DNA of 64,000 nucleotides from an uncultured Verrucomicrobiae bacterium (GCA_963762565.1 CAVXLD010000001.1:896001-960000); one strand, 5' to 3'. Shown: positions 9,777 to 20,901, numbered from the stretch's first letter. Notes: generated by a model from the sequence alone, not told the origin. Translations and numbers: made by a program.

Positions 9777-10624
9777 GTGAGCTTCCTTGGAGTCACATTT
9801 GCCGGCGTCGATGAGACCGCCGATGTCGAAATGCTTAGAGAGATCCGGTCGCATTACTTCACGGTTGAATGGGGGCTCCGGCTAGCGGTTGAACATCAAG
9901 GCCGCGCGCCAGGATTCCCCGGTGTTGCCTGGATCCGTAAACTGAGACCAGAGCTTAATCTCTCGGCTCAGCTATGGGGAAAAAACGCCACCGACTTTCT
10001 TCACGGCGACGACACTGAGCTCATGGTTCATTACGGTGAGGCCTGGTCGCTGTTTCAGCGAATCCAAATTAATTCCACGAACGGGATCGACCGGGTGGAT
10101 CTGCCGGCCCTGACTCGGCTCCTAGAGAAGTCCCGGACAAACAAGTGATTCTCCGGATCCGTGACCTGAACCTCGAATTGGCCGATGCTTTGGTTGCGCA
10201 AGGTGTTTCTTGTTCGACGCTTTTTGATCAATCTGAAGCCCCGGAAGGCGCTCAGAAAAGGTGGCCAAAAGGACTAAAACGATTTGCCGGGTGCGGCTAT
10301 GCCGGCGGGTTAGGTCCAGACAATATCTATAAACAGTTATCGCCAATTCTTAACGCAGCGCAAGGCGCGGAGCGTTGGTGGGTTGAAATGGACTCCAGCC
10401 TGCGAACCACACAACACGAGCAGGAGGTGTTCAGTTTGGCAAACTGCAAACGAGCGATCCGAGAATTCGAGAGCTCCTCTGGACCATACCATCTAGGTGG
10501 CAGATTGGCCGGGAGGGATCACTGCCTGTCCGACATAGCCTTCATTCGTGGGTCTTTTCTTCACGGCGCTGGCGACGTCGGATTCTCGCGATCCGTGGTT
10601 ACAGAAGCCGAGGACGTGATGTGA
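9777..10624 (+). pseudogene. TrpF-like TIM-barrel protein with one frameshift near 10130
   Basis: VTFAGVD..VEWG..RIQIN in one frame and LFDQS..GYAGGLGPDN..WVEMDS in the next; the frames join if one base is added in TCCCGG (LEK-S-PDKQVIL). Confidence 0.6.
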
Positions 10625-10908
10625 TCCCGGACCAAAATAAACGTTTGAGTTGCGGCGCACGTTCGCGGCGCACGGGGACGCGCCCCCCCCGGTACTGAAA
10701 ACTTTGGCCAGCCGATACGCCCTTACGTTCTTTCGGCTTGGACTACCGCCAGAAACACAAAGATATAGCCACCATAACGCACCATGACCGCCAAAACAGA
10801 TTCTAGCCGGTCGGCCGGTTACTACCCGTCTCCCGGCCCATCCATCTGTAGGTACATAATCCGTTCGCTCAGGTCGTGCCACGCGCTTTGATGACTGTTA
10901 TTCCCAAG

Positions 10909-11984
10909 ATGAACGACGACGCAAGAGAGTTCCGATTTAGTCTGCCTAACCTATCAAGCCCGACCGGAATTCAGGCTGAAGCCCAGAAGAACTGGATCAG
11001 CCATATTAGCCGTTATAGCGATTCCGTGGACAACGACGCGTACGGCAACGCGTGGGCCATCCGCAATGGGGAAAAAAAAGGCCTCACCCTGACGGTGGAG
11101 GCGCACGCCGATGAGATCGGTTCCATCATCCAGAACATCGGGGATGAAGGACATCCGTACCAGATCGGATCGGAGGCAGTGATCGGGAAATCGCTCGCGG
11201 AAGACGCTCAGAGTTCTGGGTGACCGTGGGCCAGTTATTGCAGTGATCGGCAACACCGCCATTCACCTGCGGGAAAAGGATGAAGATAAAATCCCGGAGG
11301 TACATCAACTCTTTGTCGATATTGGAGCGAAATCCCGGGCTGAAGTGGAAAGCCGAGGGATCCAGGATCAGGCATCCCGCGATCTACACCGATGCGGTCG
11401 AAATGATCACACCCGATCGCCTGGTTGGCCGGGCCATCGATAATCGCATCGGCGGATTTATCATTAACCAATTGTTTGCCAGTCTTTCGAGCCTCCCCGA
11501 GCGCCCGGCTGCGACCGTGATCGGTTTGAACGCCGTCCAGGAAGAGATCGGCGGGTTTGGGGCAAAGATGGCGACCTATCGATTGGACCCAAAAATCGCG
11601 ATCGTTCTCGACGTTACCCACGCCACAGATTCTCCTGGGATCGATCGGAACAAACATGGCTCGGTCAAGTTGGGCGGCGGCCCGTCTGTAACCCACGGAA
11701 GCGCCAATCATCCTCAATTAGTTGCGCAGCTGATTGAGACGTCGCGCCGGGTTGATATTCAGCTGCAGCACGAAGCCAGTTCCCGAACCACCGGGACCGA
11801 TACCGATTCGATCTTTCAATCGAAACAAGGAATTCCGAGCGCTCTGATTTCGATTCCTCTCAGGTACATGCATTCTACCGTCGAGATGGTCGACTTGCGT
11901 GACGTAGACAGCTGTGTCCGTCTACTGAAAGAATTTGTGACCGGACTCACCGATCTTTCGGAGTTTTATCCGAAGTTTTCGTGA
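10909..11984 (+). pseudogene. M42 family metallopeptidase/endoglucanase-like gene with at least 3 frameshifts
   Basis: SPTG, AHADEIG, RIGGSD, VDIGA, DNRIGG, VQEEIG, DVTHATD, GTDTD and PLRYMHS are spread over different frames (shifts near 11160, 11205, 11365). Confidence 0.85.
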
Positions 11985-13008
11985 GCTGGCTCGCTGAAAT
12001 CGCCAAGAATGAAGGCGGCCGTCTGCGGTTTGACCGTTTTATGGAGTTGGCGTTGTTCCATCCGACTCACGGTTATTATACCCGTCGAATCCGTGGAGTC
12101 GGACAGTCTGGCGACTTTTCCACATCGACCACCCTTAGCCCCGCGTTGGGGAAAGCGGTGTTCCGCTGGCTCGAGGCAGAAGCGAAATATCTAGGATTCG
12201 ATCCCCTGATCATCATCGAGCCTGGCATCGGGACCGGAGCACTTGCCAAGGTTGTTCTCTCTCAAATGAGGCCTTGGAGCCGGGTCCGCTATTTCGGCGT
12301 CGATCTCCGACGCCGCGCCAACGCATTTTGGATAGGTCGTTGAGCAGGCCGCCGCCGCTTCCGTTCATTCAATTCGATCGAAACCGCTCTAGCTGGAGGC
12401 GAAAGGGAAAGCGATCGTAATTTCCAACGAATTCGTGGACGCATTTCCATGCCGGCGACTGGTTCGAGTCAGAGACCGGTTGGGCTGATACTCTACCTCC
12501 GCTATGAAGGTGATCAATGGCGACAGGAATTATCGCCGGCGCGGACCTTTCATTTCCAGGCAGCGCTCTGGATAGCCGGTTTTGGAGTCGGGACAAACCA
12601 TCGAAGTCCATGAGCGATTTCGTGACTGGCTCGCGACACTCTCCGCTGAGCTCACCGCCCGGTGCGATCCTGACCATCGATTACGGCGGTCAACCCAGAT
12701 GAGATTTATCAACGCCGGCCCAACGGCACTCTTACGCGGTTATTTCCGGCAACAGCGAATCGAAGGAAACGAAATCTTTCATCGAGCCGGCTTTCAAGAT
12801 CTTACCGCCGACGTTAAGCTCACCGACTTGCAGGTCTGGGGCGACGAATGCGATTTCAAAATCGTCAATTACCTTACTCAACGAGAATTTGTATTTAACT
12901 GGACCCTATCGCCTGCACTGAAGAAACGTTCAGCACGCAACGGCATTCACGTTAGACCAGGGTGGAGCGGGAACCGCTTTCAAGGTGTTGCATCAACGGA
13001 AGGGATAA
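11981..13008 (+). pseudogene. MidA/NDUFAF7-like SAM-dependent methyltransferase with several frameshifts
   Basis: FDRFMELALFHP..GYY, GDFSTS, SNEFVDAFP, LTIDYG, QDLTADV and GAGTAFKVL lie in different frames. Confidence 0.8.
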
Positions 13009-14036
13009 CGGCGTGCTTTAACGCTCCTTGATAGGGCACTTGAGAGAAAATCCGCCAGATCTTTTTCGAATTTGTCAGGCTCTTCAGCATAAGGGAAATG
13101 AGCGCTTTGATCGAATTCATCGAACCGAGCGTGTGCCAAGTGATCAGCCAGATCTCGCATTTGATCCACCCCAACTGCGCCATCATACTTTCCCACCATA
13201 ATCAGGACCGGCATGGTCAGCCTGTCGTACGCCGTGAATTTGTAGCAAAGAAACTGGCTGTCGGAACCAAAGCAGGCCCGGCTAAGTTCGCCGGTGTTAC
13301 TGAGCCCGCTGGCTGCGTCCCGGTCCGCTTGCTCTTTTTGGTAGCGTTGATCGTGGAATTGTTGCCAGTTGTGAAAACTCTGCGAATCAACTTTAGCTAG
13401 AGCGTCCTTTTCTACTGCGAACAACGCTTTGGTAATCGCGCAGATATCACCATTCTTTGATGCCTGCTGATAGTTCTTTTGTTTATCCCCCGAGAACGCG
13501 CTCGCCCAGGCATCCGGGTAGCGTTGTTCGATTTCGGTCCGCCAAAGCACGAGGGTTGCGGGAAGATCCGCAGCTCCGTCGACAACGATTAAGTTCTGCA
13601 CGTTGTCTGGATAACGGGACGCGTACTCTAGGGCGATGTCTCCGCCAAAGCTATGCCCCAGAAGAGAGATTTTTGTCACCCCGAGACTCTTTCGCAGCGC
13701 TTCGACGTCATCTACCAGTGTCGGTATTGCATAGTTATTGGTCCAAGGCCTCTCGCTGTGACCACAACCCCGCTGGTCGAGATAAATCATAACCGCATGC
13801 CGTTCCAAGCGAGGCCCGATGGTTTGCTTGAAACTGTAGCTATTGTATCCCGGACCTCCATGCAGGTAGATTAAAGGCGCGTCTCCGCGCCGTTTCTCGC
13901 CCGCTACTTCGTACCAAAGCCTCACCCCATTCAAAACGACGTTATGTTCACCGGGATCGAGCGCCGTCTGACCGATCGATTTCATTGGGAAAAAAGCAGG
14001 CAGGAACGCCGCCAGGTAGAAGAGTTTCCAGAGCAT
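12993..14036 (-). CDS. Alpha/beta hydrolase (proline iminopeptidase-like), probably exported
   Basis: LHGGPG, DQRGCG, GHSFGG, SAHF; hydrophobic N-terminus. Confidence 0.85.
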   Translation of the reverse strand: MLWKLFYLAAFLPAFFPMKSIGQTALDPGEHNVVLNGVRLWYEVAGEKRRGDAPLIYLHGGPGYNSYSFKQTIGPRLERHAVMIYLDQRGCGHSERPWTNNYAIPTLVDDVEALRKSLGVTKISLLGHSFGGDIALEYASRYPDNVQNLIVVDGAADLPATLVLWRTEIEQRYPDAWASAFSGDKQKNYQQASKNGDICAITKALFAVEKDALAKVDSQSFHNWQQFHDQRYQKEQADRDAASGLSNTGELSRACFGSDSQFLCYKFTAYDRLTMPVLIMVGKYDGAVGVDQMRDLADHLAHARFDEFDQSAHFPYAEEPDKFEKDLADFLSSALSRSVKARRYPFR

Positions 14037-14141
14037 TACTTTTGTCAGATTATGGCTGGGTCTGGTCGCGCAGCCGACAAGCTCAGTCAAACTAATTCGG
14101 CCAAACCGTGAAGCGAGGGAATGCTCCACAGGTGTCGCTCC

Positions 14142-15622
14142 TTAAAACCAACCCTTCAGCCGCGGATATAGTTCTTTGAAGCGGGCGTATGCTCGTTCGT
14201 ACAATTCAACCCGAGCGGCATCTGGTTGAGTGACTTCGTCGAACCGAGGCGCAAAAGATTGGGTTTCTTTAAACCCGCCAAAAACACCAGCGGCGATTCC
14301 GCCTAGAGTCGCGGCGCCGACTCCAGCCCGTTCCGCAGAGTTGGCGTCTTCGCCCCGCAGCAAAGGCCGATTGAGCGTGTCCGCAAGCATCTGGCGCGAC
14401 AACGGGCTAGCCAGTCCGTTTCCGGAAGCCACCCAGCGGTCCATGCGTACGCCGGTTTCTTCTATCGTCTCAATGATCTGGCGCATCGCATAGCTGATCC
14501 CTTCCAAAACCGCCCGGATCAAGTGACCGGTATCGTGCCGGAGGGTAGACCGGCGAAGGTGCCGCGGGCTTGCGGGTCCATCAGGGGCGAGCGTTCACCA
14601 ACCAGATAAGGTAAAAAAAACAATCCTTCCGCACCGATTGGGACTGCTCCGGCCATCTGATCCAATTCTCGATACGAGACTTGATCGCACCGCAGCACCT
14701 GCCGGGCCCATCGAAGCGCCATCCCGGCTGATAGCATTGCGCCCAGCAGATACCAGCGCGAAGGCAGGGCATGACAAAAGGTGTGCAGCCGGCCTTCTGA
14801 ATCAAAAACGGGAGCCGCCAACGGTACAAACACTTGGCCTCCAGTCCCCAGGGTTACCGAACCCTGGCCAGGCTCGATCAATCCATTGCCAACCGCTTGC
14901 GCCGGTTGATCGGCCGAACCAGCAGCAACCGGTATCCCCGGTTCAAGTCCAAGCTCCGCAGCCGGTCCTGGCAACAGTTTGCCGCAAATCGCGGCTGAAT
15001 CACGGGCCTCGGGAAAGATCGTTTTCGGGAGACCTAAGACTTCTATCACCTCCCAAGCCCATGTTCGGCGGGCGACATCAAATAAGCCCGTTGCCGCCGC
15101 GTCGCTAGCATCGGTAGCAACTTCGCCGGTGATCTTGAAGCGGATGTAATCCTTTGGCAGAAGGATTGCGCCGATGTTGTCCAAGCGGGCCGGATCATGT
15201 CGTTGCAACCACCGGAGCGTCGCAATCAGAAACCCCGCAGCAGGCGCAGTTCCGCAGACTTCAGCGAGACGCTTCTTTCCCACAACGGATTCAATCTCCC
15301 CTAACAACGGTCCACTGCGTTGATCTGCCCAAATGATAGCGTTCCCTAACAGCCGGCTTTGTTTGTCTAGAAGCGCGGGCCCGTGCATTTGCCCGGAAAA
15401 ACCGATACCCAGGATTTCCAGGCGACCGGCAGCGTTGAGGGCGGTTCGCACGGCATGCACGGTCGCCGACCACCAATGCTCTGGGTCTTGTTCCGCCCAG
15501 CCTGGTTGAGGCGTCAAAATTGGGTACTCGGCGGATCCCAAACCGAGAATTTTTCCAGCCGTCGAAAAGACGACCACTTTGACACTGGACGTGCCAAGAT
15601 CGATGCCAAGCAGTGAGCTCAT
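14142..15622 (-). pseudogene. xylB: FGGY carbohydrate kinase (xylulokinase-like) with a single frameshift near 14546
   Basis: GIDLGTSSVK, SGQMHG, WADQR, PYLVGERSP, RAVLEG; adding one A restores GLTLRHDTGHLIRAVLEG. Confidence 0.85.
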
Positions 15623-15651
15623 TCAGTTAAAGATATCCTGGAGCTTCCCGT

Positions 15652-15724
15652 AAAGTAATCAGTAATCGGTGCGACAGTGATCAGTTTCAAAACGCCGCAG
15701 CATCAACTGATTACTGATTACTTT
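15652..15724. repeat. Inverted heptamer element (AGTAATC)n / (GATTACT)n
   Basis: AAAGTAATCAGTAATCGGT is inverted against ACTGATTACTGATTACTTT. Confidence 0.8.
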
Positions 15725-15753
15725 GTAACAAGCTCGAGGACGATTAATCCGGT

Positions 15754-16602
15754 CTACGCCAGGCCATACTTGGCGGCTTTCGCCTTGAGGAACTCGAGGC
15801 CGTTAATCGCTAATTCACGGCCCTGATAGCGGCTTTTCCGCCAGAGGCAGGTGGCGCCGATTAGATCCGGATTGATGGCAGCAAACGCCTCAAGTACCAA
15901 CGGCCCTCGATAATTGATATCTTGCAGGCCCTGGAAAACATCGTCCCAATCGACAGTGCCCTCACCCGGCAGCCCGCGGTGACTCTCGGACATATGAATG
16001 TAACCAGCATAGTCACCGGCATTCCGTAGAGCAGAACCAAATCCATCCTCTTCGATGTTCATATGGTAGGTGTCGAAGTGAATCATCATGTCGTCAGCTC
16101 CGATCGCCTTAAAGTACTCGATGGCGTCGGACCCGGTGTTACAAAGATAGGTTTCGTAACGGTTGACCGGCTCGATCCCGAGCGACACGCCTTTGGGAGT
16201 TGCATACTGGCGGAGCTCACCCAGAACCTCAGCGACTTTCTTCTTCTCATCAGCCGTGGGCGGCTGTCGCGTCAATGTCGCCAGGTTACAATAAAGACAG
16301 CCCAAAAGCTGTTTGCCGCCAAAGTCGGCTACCTTGTCGACGGCATGTTTCAGAAACTGCAGGGCTCCAGTTGGATTGAACGGCAAATGCGCATCCGGAG
16401 GTAAACAGAGCGATGCGACAGCCTGGATACCGTTTTGCGACAGCGATTTCGCAACCAGCGCCGAGTCGAACTCCGACGGTTTCAGCAACGGGATTTCAAG
16501 AAGATCGAATCCAAGCTCGGCTGCCTGAGCAATCACTTTAGGAGCCAGATCGTTGTTCCAAAAACCTTCCAGGGTGAACGCGTGAATTCCGTATTTGGGC
16601 AT
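15754..16602 (-). CDS. D-psicose/D-tagatose/L-ribulose 3-epimerase family sugar epimerase
   Basis: EPVNRYE, DTYHMNIEE, HMSESHRG and LEAF metal/catalytic motifs. Confidence 0.85.
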   Translation of the reverse strand: MPKYGIHAFTLEGFWNNDLAPKVIAQAAELGFDLLEIPLLKPSEFDSALVAKSLSQNGIQAVASLCLPPDAHLPFNPTGALQFLKHAVDKVADFGGKQLLGCLYCNLATLTRQPPTADEKKKVAEVLGELRQYATPKGVSLGIEPVNRYETYLCNTGSDAIEYFKAIGADDMMIHFDTYHMNIEEDGFGSALRNAGDYAGYIHMSESHRGLPGEGTVDWDDVFQGLQDINYRGPLVLEAFAAINPDLIGATCLWRKSRYQGRELAINGLEFLKAKAAKYGLA

Positions 16603-16661
16603 AAACGAGTGAGATAGCCTGTTCCGTTCCCAAATGCATGCGCATTTGCGAACGGAACAGG

Positions 16662-18029
16662 CTACAGGAACTTGCCCGGGTTCAGGATCCGGTTCGGGTC
16701 CAGCGCCGATTTTATGGTCTGATGAAGAGCGAGGTTTTCGGCGGAAACCGCTTGCGGCCACCAGCGTTTTTTAGCGAGACCAATTCCATGTTCACCGGTA
16801 ATAGCGCCGTCCCATGCGATGATCTGGGCGAAAAGTGCGTCGAGAGTTTCGTCCATCCGTTGGCCGTTCTCGGGCTTCTCGGGATCGGCCACCATTACAT
16901 TGACATGAATGTTGCCGTCACCGGCATGGCCAAAACAGGCGATGGGGAATCCGGACCGTTTTTGCAGGTCTGCAGCGAACTTTACCAAATCAACCAGGTG
17001 CCCGCGTGGCACGGTCACATCTTGATTCAGTTTAGTTAGTCCGGTCGCTTTAAGCGATTCGGAGAATCCGCGCCGCAAATCCCAAAGCGCTTCGCATTCG
17101 GTCTCCCCAAAGGCAGTATCAATGCTGAGAGCGCCGAGTTTCTTCACGAGCGATTCCAGGATCGTCAATTCGTTCTGAACTGACTTTTCTTGTCCATCCA
17201 AATCCACCAGCAGATGGGCATTGCCGGCAGGAACGATCTGATGACCCAAATGCTGGCGCGCCGATTCCAAAGTGAACCGATCGGCAATTTCTAATGCCGA
17301 TGGCAAAAAACCGGCCCGGAGAATCTGTTGGACTGCTTCGGCTGCGTCTTCGATTTCCCGGAAACTCGCTGAAATGGAGGCTCTAGCCGGGGGCAATGGT
17401 ATCAGGCGGATAGTCGCTTCGGTGACAATGCCTAACATTCCTTCCGACCCGACAAAAAGACCGACTAAGTCGAAACCGGTCTTGTTTTTCATCGTTCTAC
17501 CGCCGACCCGGACGATGGTCCCATCCGCTAACCCGACTTCCAGTCCCAATACATAATGCCGGGTCACTCCATATTTCAGGCAGCGAGGACCGCCTGCGTT
17601 TGTAGCGATATTGCCTCCGATTGAACTGTTTCGGAAACTGGCGGGATCCGGCGGATAAAACATGCCGGCGTTGCGCGCGGCTGCCTGTAAGTCACCGGTA
17701 ATAACGCCCGGCTCGACTACAGCAACACCGTCCGGGACCGATAGTTCTTTGATTCGGTTCATCCGGATCAGCGATAAAGCGATTCCACCCTTCTCGGGAA
17801 CGCAGCCGCCGACATAACCGTAGCCTGCGCCTCTGGGAGTCACCGGTACTCGATGCTGATTGGCGATCCTGAGGATCGCGGCGACCTGCTCAGTATTAAT
17901 CGGTTCTGCCACCAAGTCCGGGAGATGGGAAGCAAACCATTTATCGCCGCTGTAGTCCTTACGCTTTACCTGGTCGCGCGAGATGACATCAGGGCCAACG
18001 GCGCTAGTCAGTTCATCAAAAATGTGCAT
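16662..18029 (-). CDS. glcD: FAD-linked oxidase, GlcD/D-lactate dehydrogenase family
   Basis: PRGAG, YPPDPAS, GGNIATNAGG..CLKYG, GSEGMLG, GHAGDGNIH, GEHGIG, NPGK. Confidence 0.85.
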   Translation of the reverse strand: MHIFDELTSAVGPDVISRDQVKRKDYSGDKWFASHLPDLVAEPINTEQVAAILRIANQHRVPVTPRGAGYGYVGGCVPEKGGIALSLIRMNRIKELSVPDGVAVVEPGVITGDLQAAARNAGMFYPPDPASFRNSSIGGNIATNAGGPRCLKYGVTRHYVLGLEVGLADGTIVRVGGRTMKNKTGFDLVGLFVGSEGMLGIVTEATIRLIPLPPARASISASFREIEDAAEAVQQILRAGFLPSALEIADRFTLESARQHLGHQIVPAGNAHLLVDLDGQEKSVQNELTILESLVKKLGALSIDTAFGETECEALWDLRRGFSESLKATGLTKLNQDVTVPRGHLVDLVKFAADLQKRSGFPIACFGHAGDGNIHVNVMVADPEKPENGQRMDETLDALFAQIIAWDGAITGEHGIGLAKKRWWPQAVSAENLALHQTIKSALDPNRILNPGKFL

Positions 18030-18216
18030 CGGAAACTAAGAGCCAACAACGTACGACAGGTATGGCCCGAACTAAAGGCCGAGGTCCGGTAAGGCGAAGG
18101 CTTGGGAGAGGCGACACCGTAGAACGCTGCCTGGCTTACGAGCCGGGTAAACAGGGCGAGAGAACGTACAAGAAGGACTTCTAGGCGCGCTCTTTCGCCT
18201 ACACGGTACCCGCCGC

Positions 18217-18993
18217 CTACATCCCGACAATCTGATAGCCGCCATCGACATAGATCACCTGGCCGGTGATGGCCGCAGCTCCGTCGCTGGCTAGAAACAC
18301 TCCGGTTTGGCCTAGCTCGGACGGCTCGCAGCTACGGCGAAGCGGAGCCCGTTCTTGATAGTGTTTCAACATCGAGGTGAACCCGGAAATACCCCGCGCG
18401 GCCAATGTTTGTACCGGTCCAGCGCTGATACAGTTCACCCGAATTTTTTTAGTGCCCAGATCGTAGGCCAAGTATCGCGTAGAGGCTTCCAGACTGGCTT
18501 TTGCTACCCCCATCACATTGTAGTGGGGCACAACTTTTTCCGAGCCATAATAGGTCATCGAGATCACGGAACCGCCGTTGGTCATTAACGGCACGGCCTC
18601 CCGGACCACCCCAACCAGGGAATAGGCACTAATATTGTGTGCGGTTAAAAAAGCGTCTCGACTGGTACTAACGAAATCGCCTTCCAAAGCTTCCTTAGGA
18701 GCAAACGCTACCGCATGCAGCAAGAGGTCAACCCGATCGGTGTGCTTTCTGACATTTTGAAAGAACTCGCCGATCTGTTCGTCACTCGAAACATCGCAAG
18801 GATAGGTCGGCACATCGGCGCCAAAAGTGCCTGTCAGTTCTTCGACGTTCTCCTTAAGCCGTTCGCCTTGATAATTGAAAATCAGCTTCGCCCCCGCTGA
18901 ATGCCAAGCCTGGGCGATCGCCCAGGCGATACTACGCTTATTCGCGACCCCAAAAACGACGCCGACTTTGCCATCAAGAGGTTGTGAGCTCAT
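18217..18993 (-). CDS. fabI: Enoyl-ACP reductase
   Basis: GVANKRSIAWAIA, YNVMGVAKASLE, SAGP. Confidence 0.95.
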   Translation of the reverse strand: MSSQPLDGKVGVVFGVANKRSIAWAIAQAWHSAGAKLIFNYQGERLKENVEELTGTFGADVPTYPCDVSSDEQIGEFFQNVRKHTDRVDLLLHAVAFAPKEALEGDFVSTSRDAFLTAHNISAYSLVGVVREAVPLMTNGGSVISMTYYGSEKVVPHYNVMGVAKASLEASTRYLAYDLGTKKIRVNCISAGPVQTLAARGISGFTSMLKHYQERAPLRRSCEPSELGQTGVFLASDGAAAITGQVIYVDGGYQIVGM

Positions 18994-19059
18994 GGGTATG
19001 ATCTCTCGAATAAAACAAGTCAGAGCAAATGCAAACCCCGAATGCACGCAAAGAAAACG

Positions 19060-19387
19060 GACCAACCGCAGCCCCGAAATTCTCCGGGGTGAAATGGACA
19101 CTGATTTAGGCAGATAAAATCGACCGCGAATGCACGCGAATAGACACGAATAAACATCGCAGAACAGAGATTAGATATCCGCAGATTAACGCAGATTACG
19201 CAGATTTCTTCAGGAGCTTGGATTCGACTCTTCAGTAAAAACATCTTCCTGGCTCGGTCACGTTTCCTATAACCCTGGGCGGCATCCGAACCTAAGATCG
19301 AAATCTGCGTAATCTGCGTAATCTGCGGATATTTAATCTTAGTCTGCACCCAATTCATCCCGGAGAATTTCGGGGCTGCGGTTGGTC
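19060..19387. repeat. Nested palindromic element: 34-bp outer IR around a (CGCAGATTA)n / (TAATCTGCG)n inner IR
   Basis: Outer arms 19060-19093 and 19354-19387 (1 mismatch); inner arms 19168-19208 and 19300-19339; unpaired CACGAAT-type repeats. Confidence 0.9.
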
Positions 19388-19402
19388 TTTCCAATCTGCG
19401 GT

Positions 19403-20836
19403 TCAGAGGGATTCGCTCAACAGGCGGATCCCTTCCCTGATCTGGGTTTCATTTAGCGCTGCGTAACCAAGCATCAATCCGGGACGGGACGGCTGTTTCA
19501 GGAAGCAATGGGATATCCCGTAAATACCGACCCCGCGGGATGCGGCGCGAGAAATCGCGGCAGCTTCAGAAATTGGCTCCCGTGGCCATAACACCACATG
19601 AGACCCTGAGTCGGCGCCGGTAATTTCTACACGATCGCCCAAGTATTTGCCGATGGCTTCGAGGAGTGCGTCACGCCGCCCGGTGTTCCTCCGGCGTAAC
19701 CTGCGCAAATGGCGCTCGTATATTCCAGTAGCGATAAATTCGGCGAGCGTCTTCTGCTCCAGAGTCGCGGAGTGCTGATCACTAAGCCACTTGGCGGTCG
19801 TGAAGATGGGGGCCAACGACTTTGGTACGATCATGTAACCAATACGCAAAGCGGGAAAAATCGTGCGCGAGAACGTACCGACGTACAGGATGCGGCCTTC
19901 CCGATCCAATCCTTGGAGGGATTCCAAGGGACGTCCCGTATAGTGAAACTCGCCATCGCGATCATTCTCGATGATCACCGCATTTTTTTGGACAGCCCAT
20001 TCGATAAGAGCCAGACGCCGCTCCAGCGGAAGAATAGCGCCGGTCGGAAACTGGTGCGACGGAGTAACAAAAATCAAACTAGCGCGATTGGGCAATTTGG
20101 CCGGGACAAGTCCCTGGCCATCGACCGGCACGGGCGCCAGGCGGGCCGAAGCAGCCCGAACCACTTCGCGAATCCCTTGGTACTGGGGATCCTCGACCGC
20201 TACCGTGTCGCCACGTTCAACGAGAACTCGCGTCACAAGATCCAGCGCTTGCTGGGAGCCGTTTACCACGATCACTTCTGACGGATCGCAGATCACGGCT
20301 CGCGAACGCCGTAGCTGAGCTGAGATAGCCTCACGCAATGCCGGCATACCTCCGGCAGGCCCATAGTCGAGTTCACGAGTAGAGGCTCTTAGCGCATGTC
20401 GAAGTAAAATACGGCGCCACGCGTCGAATGGAAAGATCGCCAGGTCGCTCCCGCCATAAGCAAAGTCATAACGAAGCCGCGTCGGAAGCCGGTCCGGAAA
20501 CTCAACGGTTTGGGAAGCAGCGGCGGCGGCAGCACCAAATTGCGAAAGCTGAATCTTGGCCGGTTTTTCCAGTATGCGTCGACTATTCAGCCGCAAACTT
20601 CCCGAGACATAGGTCCCCGAACCAGCACGTCCCTCCGCGTATCCCTCTGCCAGCAATTGGTCATAGGCCAAGAGTACGATTGTTCGGGAGACTCCCAATT
20701 GATCGGCCAGTTCTCTGGTTGATGGCAGCCGCTCGCCAGCAGAGAAGGTTCCGGACAAGATGCCTTGTCGGAGACCAAGATAAAGTTGTCTGAAAAGAGG
20801 CCTGCCGTCTTTTGCCAGTGGTATCACAACTTCCAT
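19403..20836 (-). CDS. MocR/GabR family PLP-dependent transcriptional regulator
   Basis: GntR wHTH (RLPSTRELA..LGVSR) fused to an aminotransferase domain (TPSHQFPTG, GTFSR..PALRIG). Confidence 0.92.
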   Translation of the reverse strand: MEVVIPLAKDGRPLFRQLYLGLRQGILSGTFSAGERLPSTRELADQLGVSRTIVLLAYDQLLAEGYAEGRAGSGTYVSGSLRLNSRRILEKPAKIQLSQFGAAAAAASQTVEFPDRLPTRLRYDFAYGGSDLAIFPFDAWRRILLRHALRASTRELDYGPAGGMPALREAISAQLRRSRAVICDPSEVIVVNGSQQALDLVTRVLVERGDTVAVEDPQYQGIREVVRAASARLAPVPVDGQGLVPAKLPNRASLIFVTPSHQFPTGAILPLERRLALIEWAVQKNAVIIENDRDGEFHYTGRPLESLQGLDREGRILYVGTFSRTIFPALRIGYMIVPKSLAPIFTTAKWLSDQHSATLEQKTLAEFIATGIYERHLRRLRRRNTGRRDALLEAIGKYLGDRVEITGADSGSHVVLWPREPISEAAAISRAASRGVGIYGISHCFLKQPSRPGLMLGYAALNETQIREGIRLLSESL

Positions 20837-20862
20837 AGGGAGTGGTATCATCCAAATACCAC
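20817..20862. promoter_or_regulatory. Putative MocR/GabR operator
   Basis: AGTGGTATCA direct repeats at 20817-20826 and 20841-20850 plus inverted ATACCAC at 20856-20862. Confidence 0.6.
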
Positions 20863-20901
20863 GTCCCTAGGCGTTGGGGAAGGTAGCCGATAGGATAACA
20901 A

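Noticed and set aside
10493..10882. 129-aa minus-strand ORF
   Set aside because: No recognisable motif and it lies in the degraded region; may be a remnant but cannot be supported.
14519..14560. Programmed frameshift in xylB
   Set aside because: No slippery heptamer; a single-base loss by mutation or sequencing error is simpler.
18030..18215. Possible SRP RNA or riboswitch between fabI and glcD
   Set aside because: AGGTCCGGTAAGG only loosely resembles the SRP motif; no convincing fold. A covariance search would be needed.
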